Assembly (NCBI GenBank): GCA_965113315.1 | Contig: OZ220363.1 | Strand: one strand, 5' to 3' | Length of the DNA stretch: 64,000 nt | DNA from: Podarcis vaucheri | Lineage: Eukaryota | Shown here: positions 1 to 12,715 of the stretch, one piece after another | How the letters are laid out: the number at the start of each line of letters is the position of its first letter | How positions within the stretch are numbered: position 1 is the first letter of the stretch | The notes under the pieces: model-generated | Told to the model about the DNA's origin: nothing | Seen by the model: only the letters and a program-made list of their open reading frames with translations | The model's database searches: none | Translations under genes and position numbers: made by a program

Positions 1-313
1 TGATCAGTAATGACTTCTGCTCTAAGAATCACCTTCAAATAGGGAGCTAACAGGAACCCTTTTCAGAAATGTGCATTCAGTGGACGCATGCAGGGCTGGT
101 GGCACTGTTGTGGTAACTGGCTCTGTGCCCACCCTACATGCTTATCACTGTGCATTGGCACCATGCTTTTGACATACAAATGCATACGTTTGCACATGTG
201 TAGGGCAGAATCTATACACTACTGCCTTGGTTGTGATGAATGCATGAAGCCTTGCCTGCATTTTTGAAAAGTGCTATGGCATGGCAGGCATTGAACACCT
301 GTAATTCACATAA

Positions 314-481
<168 letters not shown>

Positions 482-1373
482 TGACAAGTAGCTTGTTCAG
501 TTATATGCCCACCCAGGGCCTGTTTAGATCTCTTACACTCTTTTGTGGAAATCAACACTTCAGTTTTATCATAGTTTATTGTCAGCTTTACAGTAGCTTG
601 ATAATTTAGTTGTGAGTCTTTTTAGGTCCAGCCTGGGATTGTAGAGTAATACAGCTCACTGTAATAAAAGGATTTCTATACTAGCCAGTCTTGGGCAAGT
701 GGTGCTGTGAACCCTGAATGCTTTCCTCCCTAATCTATATGCTCAACAGCCTTAACTGAAAGGTTCTAGTCTTAACCCATGGCCGCCTTAAATCTCATGA
801 CATTGGAATGGGATTGGTAAAAACACTCTTGGGATTACCTCAACCTCAGTTATTGAATTGTCATATAGCTGTCTTATAAACAACAAGAAGCAACCTTTTT
901 ATAAAAAATTTTTGAAGGATTTTAATAGACAACAAGGATACATACAATGTCTCTGTTCTCAGTTCATAGAGTCCTTTCTATAGGTCAGTTACATTCGGTG
1001 TGAGACACTGCTGTCATAGAGATTATGAGGTGGAAGAAGTGAATGGGGGAAGAAAGGGGGTAATGATTTTCCATTATTTTGACAAATAACCCTTTACTTA
1101 ACAATGTCACATCTAGTTTTTCTCAGATCTTCATGTGCTGAATCCAAGGCTGACTAAAGATCTGTAGAAATATAGTTTGCCTTTTTGGTGTTTGGAAGAT
1201 TTTTCAGCTGAAATGAACAAAACTAATGCATGGTCCATAGCTTTTTCTCCTAGGATCTCTTCCTATACATGTTGGAAAGACAGTGCTGTAATTTGGATCA
1301 CTGTAGATATGTAACATGATATTTTTTGGAAATAATTCAATAAAAGGGTGTTTGGAGAGCATTTCCTTTAGCC

Positions 1374-1495
1374 CAGTCTTCCCCAACCTGGTATCACTAT
1401 TTATTTTGGACTATAATTATCATTAGCCATGCTGGTGGGGACTGATGGAAATTGTAGCCCAAAACAACAGAAGGGCACCAGGTTGGGAAAGGGTG
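1374..1495. mobile_element. Degenerate hAT-type MITE (ACTACAACTCCCA-core family)
   Basis: Termini cagtcttccccaacctggt / accaggttgggaaagggtg; internal ggactata...tgtagccc palindrome; imperfect 8-bp flanks ctttagcc/ctttacac. Confidence 0.65.
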
Positions 1496-1620
1496 CTTTA
1501 CACTTAAAGGAAGTTTTCTTTCTTTAAGAGAGCTGCTCATCGAGATCTAGCTGGGTTAAGGTGAGATGAAGCAGCTACTAGCTTTTGAAGGTAACTGTCT
1601 TATTGTATCCTTTCCCACAG

Positions 1621-1709
1621 ATCATAATAGATGGCCACCTGCACCAGATGGAGATAATGCCAAAGCACTCAAGAAGTTACTTTCAGGAAAAGCTTTGTCA
1701 AAGCTGTAA
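1621..1709 (+). CDS. PECR: PECR last coding exon with C-terminal PTS1 (SKL)
   Basis: Strong acceptor tatcctttcccacag|AT; phase 1 matches the previous exon; translates (D)HNRWPPAPDGDNAKALKKLLSGKALSKL*. Confidence 0.9.
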
Positions 1710-2133
1710 AACAAAAGAAATGGGGTTAGCCCCCTTCCATGCCTGTCAGTGGATAAATGCTGCCTTTCAGTAATTGACTGCAATCTTGAGGATCACAGCC
1801 CCACTGGGGTAACAAACTGTGCCTTAGTTTTCTTCTTATGATTCCTCTGAAGAAAGTCCTCCAGAACCAAACAACTGTCAACATGTGCTGCTGCTGGCTT
1901 TGATGTAAAAGGGTAAATGCATCTCTCATGACTTCTGCTTTTGCAATTTGCACTCTAAGCTCTGCTCACTAAATCACGTACATATGCTGCATTAACAAGG
2001 TGCTGAAGTGAATTACGGTCCAAGTTCTGTAGCTTGCTATCATCACAGCCTTTCTGATTGCCATGCATTGATTACTCACTTCTGCCATAAGAGTCTTTGG
2101 CACAGCTCCCAGAGATGAGAGATGTTGGTGCAC

Positions 2134-2139
2134 AATAAA
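2134..2139 (+). terminator. PECR: Probable PECR poly(A) signal
   Basis: AATAAA about 425 nt after the stop, followed by GT/T-rich sequence. Confidence 0.55.
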
Positions 2140-2229
2140 CTGGTGGTTTGTATCTATGTTCAAAGTTGTGTTTTATCTTCAGTGGGAGTAGGCAGTATGG
2201 GTACTAACTGCCACTTGAAAACATCTTTA

Positions 2230-2447
2230 GGTAAAAAAGGTAAAGGGACCCCTGACCATAAGGGACCCCTGACTCTCGGGTTGCGACGCTCATCTTGCTT
2301 TATTGGCCGAGGGAGCCGGCGTACAGCTTCCGGGTTATGTGGCCGGCATGACTAAGCCGCTTCTGGCGAACCAGAGCAGCGCACGGAAACGCTGTTTACC
2401 TTCTCGCTGTAGTGGTACCTGTTTATCTACTTGCACTTTGACGTGTT
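2230..2447 (-). mobile_element. 5'-truncated Sauria SINE
   Basis: ggtaaa(a)ggtaaagggacccctgacc tail (reverse of ACCTTT repeats); near-identical to 23973-24190. Confidence 0.85.
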
Positions 2448-4199
2448 GCAAGATAGTTTATTTTTCTAAACTAGCACTGCTTGTCTTAGACAGTTTGACT
2501 TGCAAGCCTTCAGGCTGGTATGTGCCATAGCCATCATACTGACTTAATTCTAGTGATTAGAGAAGTTGTCCAGAAACATTCCCCCCCACACAAAGGAGCT
2601 GAAGAGGAGAGGTGGCAGATGAAGAACTGAAATATGGATACTTCATTATCACTGCAATTACCAGAACCCAAGGGGAAGAAAAATCATTAGAGCTATAAGA
2701 GGAAAGCTCATGTTAGCTGCAGTTCCTTGCTTTTAATGAATTGCATTTTATATATTTATTTTGCCAAATAAAAAAGAAAATTAGCAAAATGTCATCCTGC
2801 CAGAGTGTAATACTTTGAAGGGGTAGTTTCAATGCCAAGTTACTGCACAAATTTAAATGTTTAGTATCTAAACATTGGTTCTTGGGAGTCCTCATTTTCC
2901 TCTAGGCGGAAGTGTAGTAGCAAAAAAAGGAATGGAATATCCTTTTCTTCCCTGATAACAGTGCATCTTCTTTTCATAATTGACCGCTGTTGTGACAGTT
3001 AGGAAGTTTGCATCACCCTTTGCAAACACTGTTGAACAACGGATATCTATCAGTTTATGAACTGTCTTGTTAGCAAGGAAATACTCATTTATTTGAATAT
3101 CCACATCACTTTTGAAGTTCACCTGCCTTTTGAAGTTCACCAACGATGCCTTTTGATCTACTCAGATGTGTACTATCCTTCACTGATAGACCAGATTTAT
3201 AACCATAAAAGACAGTTAGTAGGTTACTGTATTTCTGGAAAACGTAATTAACAGATTGCCTTGGTGTAGGGTGGCTGCATTTAATTCAATCTTTGACGAG
3301 AACAAACATCAGCAACCTATTAAGGAACCCTTTAGTGACTCTTCTGCTATTTCCCTGCCTACTTTGGCCCACAGTGCTTCAGGAAGGACTGGCTTGTTTG
3401 TCTTTCTTAAGCAGTCCAGAGAAGCTCCAAAAAGTAATAATGGGAACATTCATAATTGAAGACACGTGAGATATCTTCACTTACGCTCTTTGCTGATAAA
3501 GCCAGATGCTGGAAAACAAGATGTCTATGGGCTAACAAACTACTTTCACTCCATTTTTTCCTTTGCTCTCTTGAATGTATATTGTGAAACACTTTTCTTA
3601 CTATGGACTTCAGAATGTGTTGCACAGCATTGACATCTTGACCCTAATGTCACTTTATTTCCTGTTTCATAGTGATGGAGGGTTTCTATCCTGGAGGTAA
3701 TCATAGTTAAAACATTTGCTTTTATTTTTATTTTTCCATCCTGGATTAGATGCTGTTCTTGTGTTTGACACTGTGCTTCCGTTTAACTTCCAAACGGTAT
3801 TGTTCATTTCTGTACAATGGGCCGGAAATCAACAATGCACAAAACACTTCCTTAAAAACAAACAATGTCTCCTTCACATGGGTTTATGCAAAGAAAACAT
3901 TTAACAGAAAGGTGTACACACATATATATTACACAGCATAAGGCTTACTAGAACTACCGCAGGTTCCCAGAATGGAAAAGGCTGTGTTTCCGATTCCACC
4001 TAGTGACTAGCCAGACTATTACATTTCATCTATTTATAGACAACTTAATTTTCAGAATTTCTGCACCTTGCCCATAAACGTGTTTTAAAAATAATAATAC
4101 AGGAAACAAGAATGATAAAAATTTGTCTCCCGAATAAGCCAGCCTTAAGCCATGCCTGGCGTGCTCTGGTCCATGGGGTCATGAAGACTAAACGACTAA

Positions 4200-4460
4200 A
4201 CAACAACAAAGCCATGCGAGTTCTGTTGGCTTGTTGACATCCCTCGCCAGCACAGCATTCCTGCACACACGCGCTCTCCCCAGGCTGCGTCCTAGGGGAT
4301 CGAACCCGCGATCCAAGGACGGGCAGAAAGGCAGGCAGGCAAGCACTGCCCCAAAGAGATCCACAAGGCGGTAGGGGAAACTGCGCATGCTCCTTCTGAT
4401 AATCGCTTTTCGCGTCATCGGCCACTGTGTGGCGAGCGTCGCTCGCGAGGTACGGAGAGC
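4200..4460. promoter_or_regulatory. Upstream CpG cluster: possible alternative MAP3K2 promoter/first exon or divergent promoter
   Basis: CpG-rich; NRF1-like TGCGCATGC (4382-4390); CTCGCGAG palindrome (4442-4449); donor-like GAG|gtacgg at 4449/4450. Confidence 0.5.
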
Positions 4461-5179
4461 TCTGGATTGTGCACCACAGAGATAAGAATAGTAGAGAAGG
4501 CCATCATTATATCGAGACGGAGAATTTCAGGGTTCGCACAAGAGTGTGTGGGGTCAGAAGCGAGCGCTGCCCATAGAAATCAGTGGAGAAACAGGATTTT
4601 GTAGGAGGTGAAGCTGAAGTGAGAAGCAGGGCTGACTTTCCACTCAAGGCCGCCTAATGCAAAACACCCTTCAGCTCAATCTTATTCATTTGCCTCCTCA
4701 AATCAACCTGTCAGGCCAGCTCCAATATGCAGTCGCATGCAAAAGCATTATGTTTTTAAAACTCTAATTACTAAAATAAATATATTTAACAATATACACA
4801 AGAAATCGGGACGTGAACAAGATAGAGTATGAAGTTCTGACTTTTCTACCTTGTTTGAGGAGAGCTCTAACTATATTAAAATTGTGGCTTTCTCCATTGT
4901 TAGAAGGAGAAAACATTTACAATTAACCCGGAAATTTCTTCGTAGCAAAATCCAGTTTTACAAATATACGATTCAGATCAATTTTAGAATGGAAATGCCA
5001 GTTAATTTCTTTGGATCCTGCAACTTGCAGACTTGTGAGTCCCAATCAAGGAAGTTCTGCTTCTGTACTGTATAAGAGTTGCGTTTATCCTCAGTTGGTA
5101 GTTCTCTGACACAAAGCATATTTATTTCGGCGCTGGATTTATTTTATTTTATTTTTTTACATCTTAGAATCCCCAAGAC

Positions 5180-6200
5180 CTCCAGCGCTGTCGCTCTGCA
5201 CTCAGAGGAGATAATAGATGCCGGGTTTCCTTTTTATTTTTTCCCCCCGACAGGCAGTTGGACGCTATGGGAAGACGGGGTGGGTGTCCTCAGACGTCAC
5301 CGGAACTACAACTCCCATGATCCCTCATTATTGGCTACGCTGTCATGGGGCTTGCTGGGAGTTGTAGTCCTACGACTTCACCGGGTTATAAAAGCTATCC
5401 TTTTGGGAGACTCTTTCTCCGAGCGCGCTTCTTCAGGCCACTCGCGAGCCCCTTTCCGAATAAAGTCTCCGTAGGGGGACGCGGCTCTTTCCCTCCTTCG
5501 TGCCATTTATTTATTTATTTAGGCGCGACGTGCGTCGTGACGTTACGACGTTCCCGTCTTGTGTGTGTACGGGAGTCACGGGCTCCTGCGTGGGGGGAGG
5601 CGGAGCCTGAGGAGATCTTGAGGAGGAAAAAGAACAGGGGTTGCTTGTGAGGGGTGGGGGTGGGGGAAAGGTCTGCTCGAATAGGAGACGGGCACCGGGT
5701 TGGGGTGGTGGGGGCTCCTTGCGCGCTTCTTTCCCTTCCCCCTCCGGCCCCCGGGTAGCGCAGGGGAGAGTGAAGGGGGGCCGCTGCCTCATTGGCCACT
5801 TCCACCTCCCCCCCCCGGCTCTTTCTGTGGGTCTGTCCCCCTACCCCCGCATCGACGTGCTGCTTGCCCCCTCCCTGCGGAGGGGGTGTTGCTGGGCCTG
5901 CTGTCCCCCCCCCGCGCTCCTCACTGGTACCCGGTGAGGGGTGAGAGTGGGTCTGACCTCAGCTGAAAGCCAGGATCCTGGACCCCTCCGGTGTTCGAGG
6001 CCTGGAGCTGCCGGCTTCTGGGGGGGAGGAAACCCTCCGCCTCCCCCCCCCCACTTCCTCGTCTCTGCCCCACAGGTAGGTAGTGTGCACGCGCGCGCGT
6101 TCATGTCGCCTGCTCTGGTGTCTGAGGAGATGGGGGAAAGGAGGCTCTTGCTCTTGGTGTAGGAGACCCCACCCCCCTTTGGAGCTCATAGCCATGCATG
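5180..6200 (+). promoter_or_regulatory. MAP3K2: MAP3K2 CpG-island promoter and non-coding first exon region
   Basis: High GC and CpG; CRE-like GACGTCA (5293-5299); inverted ACTACAACTCCCA pair (5305-5317, 5356-5368); ATTGG (5330-5334); CTCGCGAG (5441-5448). Exon 1 boundaries not determined. Confidence 0.75.
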
Positions 6201-8867
6201 TAACCTATATTTATTATATATGATATATTATCTTTATTTCTAGTGGGTCACTTTTCCTGGTTGCGGTTGTAATTGGGAAAAGCCAAGTACCGAAAGTCTC
6301 TGGGGATTCGGGGTTTGGGAGGACCCTTGAGTTGTCATTGAGGAAGAAAGGGGAGGAGTAAATTGTGGTTTCTTTCTATGCCATCCTGCGTGTGTGTCTA
6401 CTCAAATGTAAGTCCCGCTATCAAGAGTGTGGCTGGGATTTTGGCATGTGTGTGTGTCTTTGGAAAGGAGGTGAGGTTTGTGAGTTCTCTAAACCATAAG
6501 GCTTGGTGTAAGCATACTTATTTGGGAATAAGTCACACTGTGTGTACATTTATCTGAGAATGGAAAAAAGGTTTTTGTATAGCGTCTTTTTGCTCTGCTA
6601 CCACACGTGCAAAGACACATTTCCAGCAGAGGAATCTGGTTTCAACTGCAGAGATGAGGTATGGAGAGAGAGGAAATAAGCAAGAATCCACAAGATACTT
6701 GCAAAAGAGCATCAGGTAAGAAGTAGGCCACAGTTTAACACTGTGGTTCAAAAAACAGGATGTCAGCACAGATTAGGCTTGATGTTAAAATGAGATATTG
6801 ATTTACTAGAAGTATAAAACGGGGTTTTAATCCTGATTTGGGATTTTATGGAGGAGTTGGTGCAGTTTTGGTGGCCATGTTGGCTAGTGACAATTTTCAG
6901 TGTCTAGTTGTGGAGTGTAGTTAGAGGTTATGGTCAAGTTGAGTGACTTCTACTGTCAAGGAATATTGGGTGAATGTGCTGTTTTTTATGTGTTGCGGCT
7001 TGTAACTTGTACTACCCTATTAATGTCATTTTACTTGAGTTCTTGATGTTGTGAATTTATGAGAATTGCCTATCAGGTATTTTCAAGAGGGAAAGTGAAC
7101 AAAGAGCTCCTTTTGCCCTGAGTTGTGAAGTGTGGAAATACATGCAAGGAATTTATCTAGCTTCCGTTCTTACTTTGCAAACAAATTCTTCAGGGTTTGC
7201 CACAACATTGTTGGTTAGAAGATCAAAGCTGAAAGATGCTGACCACAACTTAGTGATATTTGTGTTTCATGCTTATTTTCTGTTGAATGGCTAAAAAGGC
7301 TAGTGGAAGTTCACTTTTGGAATAATGAATTTTCATAGAATACTGTATCTGTGCTCTCTCCACTCACAAATCCCCCTGGAATTCCCCCACATTAACCCTT
7401 TTCATTCCCACTCTACGCAACTGTTAAGCTCACTTTTCATTTTCCCAACCTCATTTCAGAAGCCACCTCTCCTATTCTGCAACCTTGCTTTGAATGCCTG
7501 TTTTCACCTTCATCCCCATATCCATGCCTCCCTCTCTCTTTTTGTGCAACCCCTGCACACAGACCACCCCCATAGTAACCTCCTGTATCTTCCTCCTCCA
7601 AATACATTGCATCCACTAACCATCCTTTTCACCTTCCATCCAGTTATGACGAAGCCATCATCCCCTCCTGGGGGAGCCTTTTATTCCTCTGCTTTCATCT
7701 TCATCCCAACTCCCATGCCTCCCACTCCCTCCTTCTTTGCAACTTCCTCTGCACCCATTTTCAACTTCACCCCTTTTTCTTACCTCCTCCTTCCTATTTT
7801 TTTCTAACTCTGCCTTGCACACAGACCACCCACCAATTCCATGCCTTCTCTTCTCTCCTATTCTGTAGCCTCTTTTGCACATATACCCCATGCTGATATG
7901 CTACTACATTTTTAAGAGGAATAGAATTTTAAGAGGAAGTATGCTAGTTAGCTTGTGTTGATGGATGTTGTACATATATGGGTGTTTGCTTGTTAATAAA
8001 ATATATCTTCAATTACTACATTGAATCTGTAACTCCATGGGACCAGAAATACATGGGACCAGACAACACATGAGAACAGAAATGCATTCTGTGAAGGTAC
8101 TATTGAATATCTGAGGGCTCCACATTTTTATCTCTTTCACATGAGGCAGACCTGAGGGAGATGCTTAAAACAACCAATTTTCCCCTTTCAGTTTTCTCCC
8201 CTTTTTCCTGTACTCAAACAATGGCAGAAGCTTCAGTAAAGCAGGGATGTAAGAACACTGAGGGTTGTTGTTGTTGTCTAAACCAATTTTAACAAGGAGA
8301 AATACAAGAGGTGGGTACAACACATAAGCTAATACCAAAAAGCTAACACAACAGAGCCTTCCCTGACTCTTTTCTCACTCTACTCAAACTCTATTTTCAA
8401 CTGCCACTCCCCCCTTCAGTGCTGCAAATTTGTGACTATCAGTTGTATATTTTAATTTAGGAACAAAATTCAGTTTCATGATCATAATAAGCTGAAAGAT
8501 GTTGCTGTCAGGGCAGAAGCATATAGGATAAACAACTTAGCAATGTTTTTTGGGGGGAGGAAAAATAGTATTTTGATTCTTGCAATTCCTTGCCATGTTA
8601 ACTTTACAATATTAAAACATTACAAAAAGGGTTGTCATTCAGACTATTTTCAGCCCAAGTAAATGCTGATGCAGACTTCCTCTAGAAACTGTAAAATTGT
8701 GAAATGATTTAATTATCACCTTGGTAGAAAATGACACTTATAAAATAACTCACAGAACACATTTAACTTGATGCCAAAAAGCAAAGAAGTGGTTAGCAAT
8801 GTAGATGTAAAGTTTTTTGATGTAAAAAAAAGAGAGGTCTGTATAGCCAGAACCATTAAACCATTTA

Positions 8868-9222
8868 CAGTGGTACCTCGCAAGACGAATGCCTCGCAAG
8901 ACAAAAAACTCGCTAGATGAAAGGGTTTTTTGTTTTTTGAGCTGCTTCACAAGACAATTTTCCCTGTGGGCTTGCTTCGCAAGATGAAAACGTCTTGCAA
9001 GTTTGTTTCCTTTTTCTTAACACCGCTAATACAGTTGCGACTTGACTTCGAGGAGCAACTCACAGAACGTGGTGTAGTAGCCTTTTTTGAGGTTTTTTAA
9101 GACTTTGGTGATTTTTGAAGCTTTTCCAAAACTTTCCCGACACCGTGCTTCGCAAGACGAAAAAAATCGTAAGACGACAAAACTCGCGGAACGAATTAAT
9201 TTCGTCTTGCGAGGCACCACTG
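8868..9222. mobile_element. Tc1/mariner (Tigger/pogo-like) MITE
   Basis: TIRs cagtggtacctcgcaagacga / tcgtcttgcgaggcaccactg; TA on both sides. Confidence 0.9.
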
Positions 9223-11473
9223 TATTAGCTGAACATTATTGCTCCCACCCTCTTGTACTCTGCATAACTTGCTACATTGGTTGGTATGTGAACTGAGCTA
9301 TGTTCAAGGTATTGGTAATTGACAGATAAAGCCTTGAACTACTCAGGGCCAGGTTACCTGAAAGAGCTGTTTGATCTCTTAGCTAATCAACCTGAAACCC
9401 TATTGGTGATAGTGGATCCTAAAGATTATTTTATGGCAGGGGTGGAGAATCTGCAGTCCATGGACCTATTCTGGGCCACCAAGCCACTCAGTTTGGTCTT
9501 TGAGGCCATTTCAAGTGAACTCTGCCCAACTGTCCTACACATGATGTCATTTTGATGTCAGGTGTGGGGTATGTAAGGGAACGGTTTGACCAAAAGCACC
9601 TTGGCATACACTGCCAGTTGGCAGTGCCAGCAACACCCCTATTTTACAATAGTTCCCAAGTGCCCAGCTATCAACTAGTTGTTGGGTGCTTGGTAGCTGC
9701 TGTACAGGGGGCTTTGCCAGCCCTGTGTTTGGTGCTCAGGTGTCAAGCCTAGAGCTTGCAAAGACTTTGGGCTAAGCTTCCGGTTTTGGCACTTGACAGT
9801 CATCTGCTATCATTATGAAATCAGATGATTTATAGATGGATTGTCCCTCCCTTCTGTCAGAGTTGACTTGCAGGAGTGGAGGGTGATAAAGATATGGCCC
9901 ATTCGGCCAAAAAGGTTCCTCACCATTGTTGAGTGATGAATTGGAAGGGGGCATTTTGTACGCTTGGAAGGCCCTTCCCTGTGCAATCTATCAGTTATCT
10001 GCTTGAAGCCACACCTTGTTCAGGCCTCTCCTGTCCCCTAAGGCTGGACTCTGTCTCTTTGTATCTCTGTTTCCTGTATGTTTATGATGGTGTTCTTGTG
10101 TTTTATTGTTTGTTTTTATTGATTTTATGCTGTCTTTTATTGTATATGTGTACTCTGCTTCAAATTTTTCTAACGTTAAGCAGTCTATAATCCCCCCCCC
10201 CAATAAGATAAATAGTATGGGGCACTTTTTTCCTTACCTGTACCAAGAACAACTCTCAGTGATAATCTCTATACAGCCTTGCCAGCTAAATAGTGTTGGT
10301 GTTATGAAATTCTTGGCTTGCGAAGAGAGTAATACTTAAAATAAAATAAACAGTTTCAACTTAATGTGTGCAGTGCTGAAGACTACCCAAATCCATGAAA
10401 GTTTCTGCTTATCTTCAGTCTTAATTGTTTAGGCAGCAGACGGGTTTCAAAAGCGTTAGGAACAGAGGAATTTCATAATTCAACACACATGTTCTTTCTG
10501 ACTTTAAAATATCCAGATGTTTCTGTTGTTCATTTCAGCCCATTTTTTTTAGTTTTCAAGATTTGTTTTTTGCAAGAGCAACCTGCAACACAGTTTTGTA
10601 GTGTGGGGTGCTTTAGTACAGCATCACGGCTACTCTATTCTCCCCTACCTACCCCTGTATATACGTATGCAGTGCCAGTATTCTATGGCTACCAAGTATA
10701 TTCAGCCCCCATTGGGCTGTTCTGGAGATTAATTTCCTACTGATGGTTTCCCCTCTAAATATTTGTTTTTAATTTATGAAAACCTTGGGGTTCTTTCAAG
10801 CCTGGTGAAACCTCCTCCTCCTCTGCATGGATAGTTCCAAAGGGCTGTCACTTAGCTAATTTTGATTGCTATTAGTCTGTATAAATGCAGTGTGGAGTAT
10901 GGACTGTTTCTGTTCAGGGTTCCAGCCACTCTGTCCCATTCTCCTCTCTGCCTCCCACAGGTCCCCCATCTAACAGTCAGTATTCTGAGCAGAGGTGGCA
11001 AACACACCTTTGTGCTGAATCCCAGATACATTAGAATCTTGGATTTCTGTGAACAGCTCTCAGTTCTGACCCTGGGGACACTTTAAATTAGTTTATGTGT
11101 ATGAACGAGGAAGTGACCTATCAAGACAGTGAAATGGCCTTGTCGATCCATTTTATATCTGTGTCTTTCTCTGGCCATTGCATTCCCGCTCCCACATAGT
11201 TTATAGTTGTTGTTTTTCATGACAGTCAGTCAGCATTTTGTGCCCTATGGATAGGTTTCAGAATTACCTGGTTTGGTTTTCCAAATGGGAAACCACCAGT
11301 AGGAAATTAAGCTCCAAAATTGTGTTGCAGGTTGCTCTTGCAAAAAACAAATGGTTTCCCATCTAAATAGATAGATAGATAGATAGATAGTACTCCTGCA
11401 ATCTTCAGGGTTAGCTGGTTTCTTTTTGTGCATGGGTAGTGGTGTTTCAGCTACTTTGTGTGAGTACAAAATA

Positions 11474-11697
11474 CAGTGGTACCTCGGGTTAAGTATTTAA
11501 TTCGTTCCGGAGGTCCGTTCTTAACCTGAAATTTCTTAACCTGAAGCACCACTTTAGCTAAAGGGGCCTCCTGCTGCTGCTGTGCCGCCGGAGCACGGTT
11601 TCTGTTCTCATCCTGAAGCAAAGTTCTTAACTCGAGATACTATTTCTGGGTTAGCGGAGTCTGTAACCTGAAGCGTATGTAACCTGAGGTACCACTG
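11474..11697. mobile_element. Tigger-like MITE
   Basis: TIRs cagtggtacctcgggtta / taacctgaggtaccactg; TA target duplication. Confidence 0.9.
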
Positions 11698-11889
11698 TAC
11701 TTAAATATAGTTGATATGATGGGGAGAGAGATGGAGGTAGACAGAAACATACATATGCAAACCTGCTGAGAAAGTAAAATGCGGAGGTGCTGTTCCTGTA
11801 CATGCATGTAGCAGCTTCTTTGAATTGTGGCTTTAGTTGGTTCGGATAGGAACACATATATAAAACCAGACTTTCATTTGCATTGCAAT

Positions 11890-12450
11890 CATCTATAACA
11901 GAAAGCTGTTGATATTCTGCATTGGTGTCTGGAGGCAGTATTGAGCAGGATAAGGGCTAATAAATTGAAACTTAATCTAGACAAGACAAAGGGGTTGTGG
12001 AATAGGGGTTCATCCTGTTCCAAATTTGACAGTACTCTCCTTGAAGAATCACGTTCACAGTTTGGGTGGGTTGTGTGCTTCTGAACCTTGCTTTGTACCT
12101 GGGTGCTCAAAGAGCAGTTGTAGCCAGGAGTGCCTTTGTCCTGCTTAGCTGGTGTGACAACTGTGTCCATTTCTACGAGGTCGGACCTGGTCATGGTGAC
12201 CATGTAGACATAGTTGCATCCAGATTGGATTATTGAAGCATACCTTTCCAAAGTTTTTTGAAACTAGTTGGTCGAGAATGCTGGCTTGTGGGATGATGTT
12301 ACACCTGTCCTGCCAGGCTGCACTGACTACTGATTTGTTTCAAAGTATAAATCAAAGTGTTGGTGACTTACGACCAGGATACTGTGGACAGCCCCCTCCT
12401 GTATCTTCCTGCCCTCACCTTAAGATATTACTGAGATGCTCCTCTCTATG
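11890..12450 (+). mobile_element. Degraded L2-like LINE ORF2 fragment
   Basis: tgtctggaggcagta...gctaataaattgaaacttaatctagacaagac (N-K-L-K-L-N-x-D-K-T motif typical of L2/CR1 RT C-terminus); many disruptions. Confidence 0.6.
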
Positions 12451-12459
12451 TCCTAACTG

Positions 12460-12715
12460 TAAGAACAGAAGGAAAGCCTGCCAGATCAGTCCAAAGGCCC
12501 GTCTAGTTCAGCACCTTGTCACGGTGAGCTGCCTTTGAGAAACCCACAAACAGGACCCAAGCACAAGAGCACTCTCCCCTTCTGTGGTTTTTGGCCACTG
12601 GTATTCCATCGCATATTGCTTCTGACCACAGAGGTAAAGAATAGCCATTATGGCTAATAGCCACTTATCTTCCATGAATTTGTACAGTTCCCTTCTAAAG
12701 CCATCCAAGTTGGTG
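12460..12715 (-). mobile_element. CR1 LINE 3' fragment
   Basis: Reverse CR1-type tail; minus strand translates DGFRRELYKFMEDK. Confidence 0.7.

Noticed and set aside
2892-3143. 83-aa minus-strand ORF with a short tandem duplication (cttttgaagttcacc x2)
   Set aside because: No recognisable domain or coherent splice frame; two units are not an array
4045-4425. 126-aa minus-strand ORF from the upstream CpG cluster
   Set aside because: GTG start, GC-rich context, no recognisable homology or downstream exons
5079-6195. Multiple overlapping Pro/Gly/Arg-rich ORFs
   Set aside because: Expected by-product of CpG-island composition
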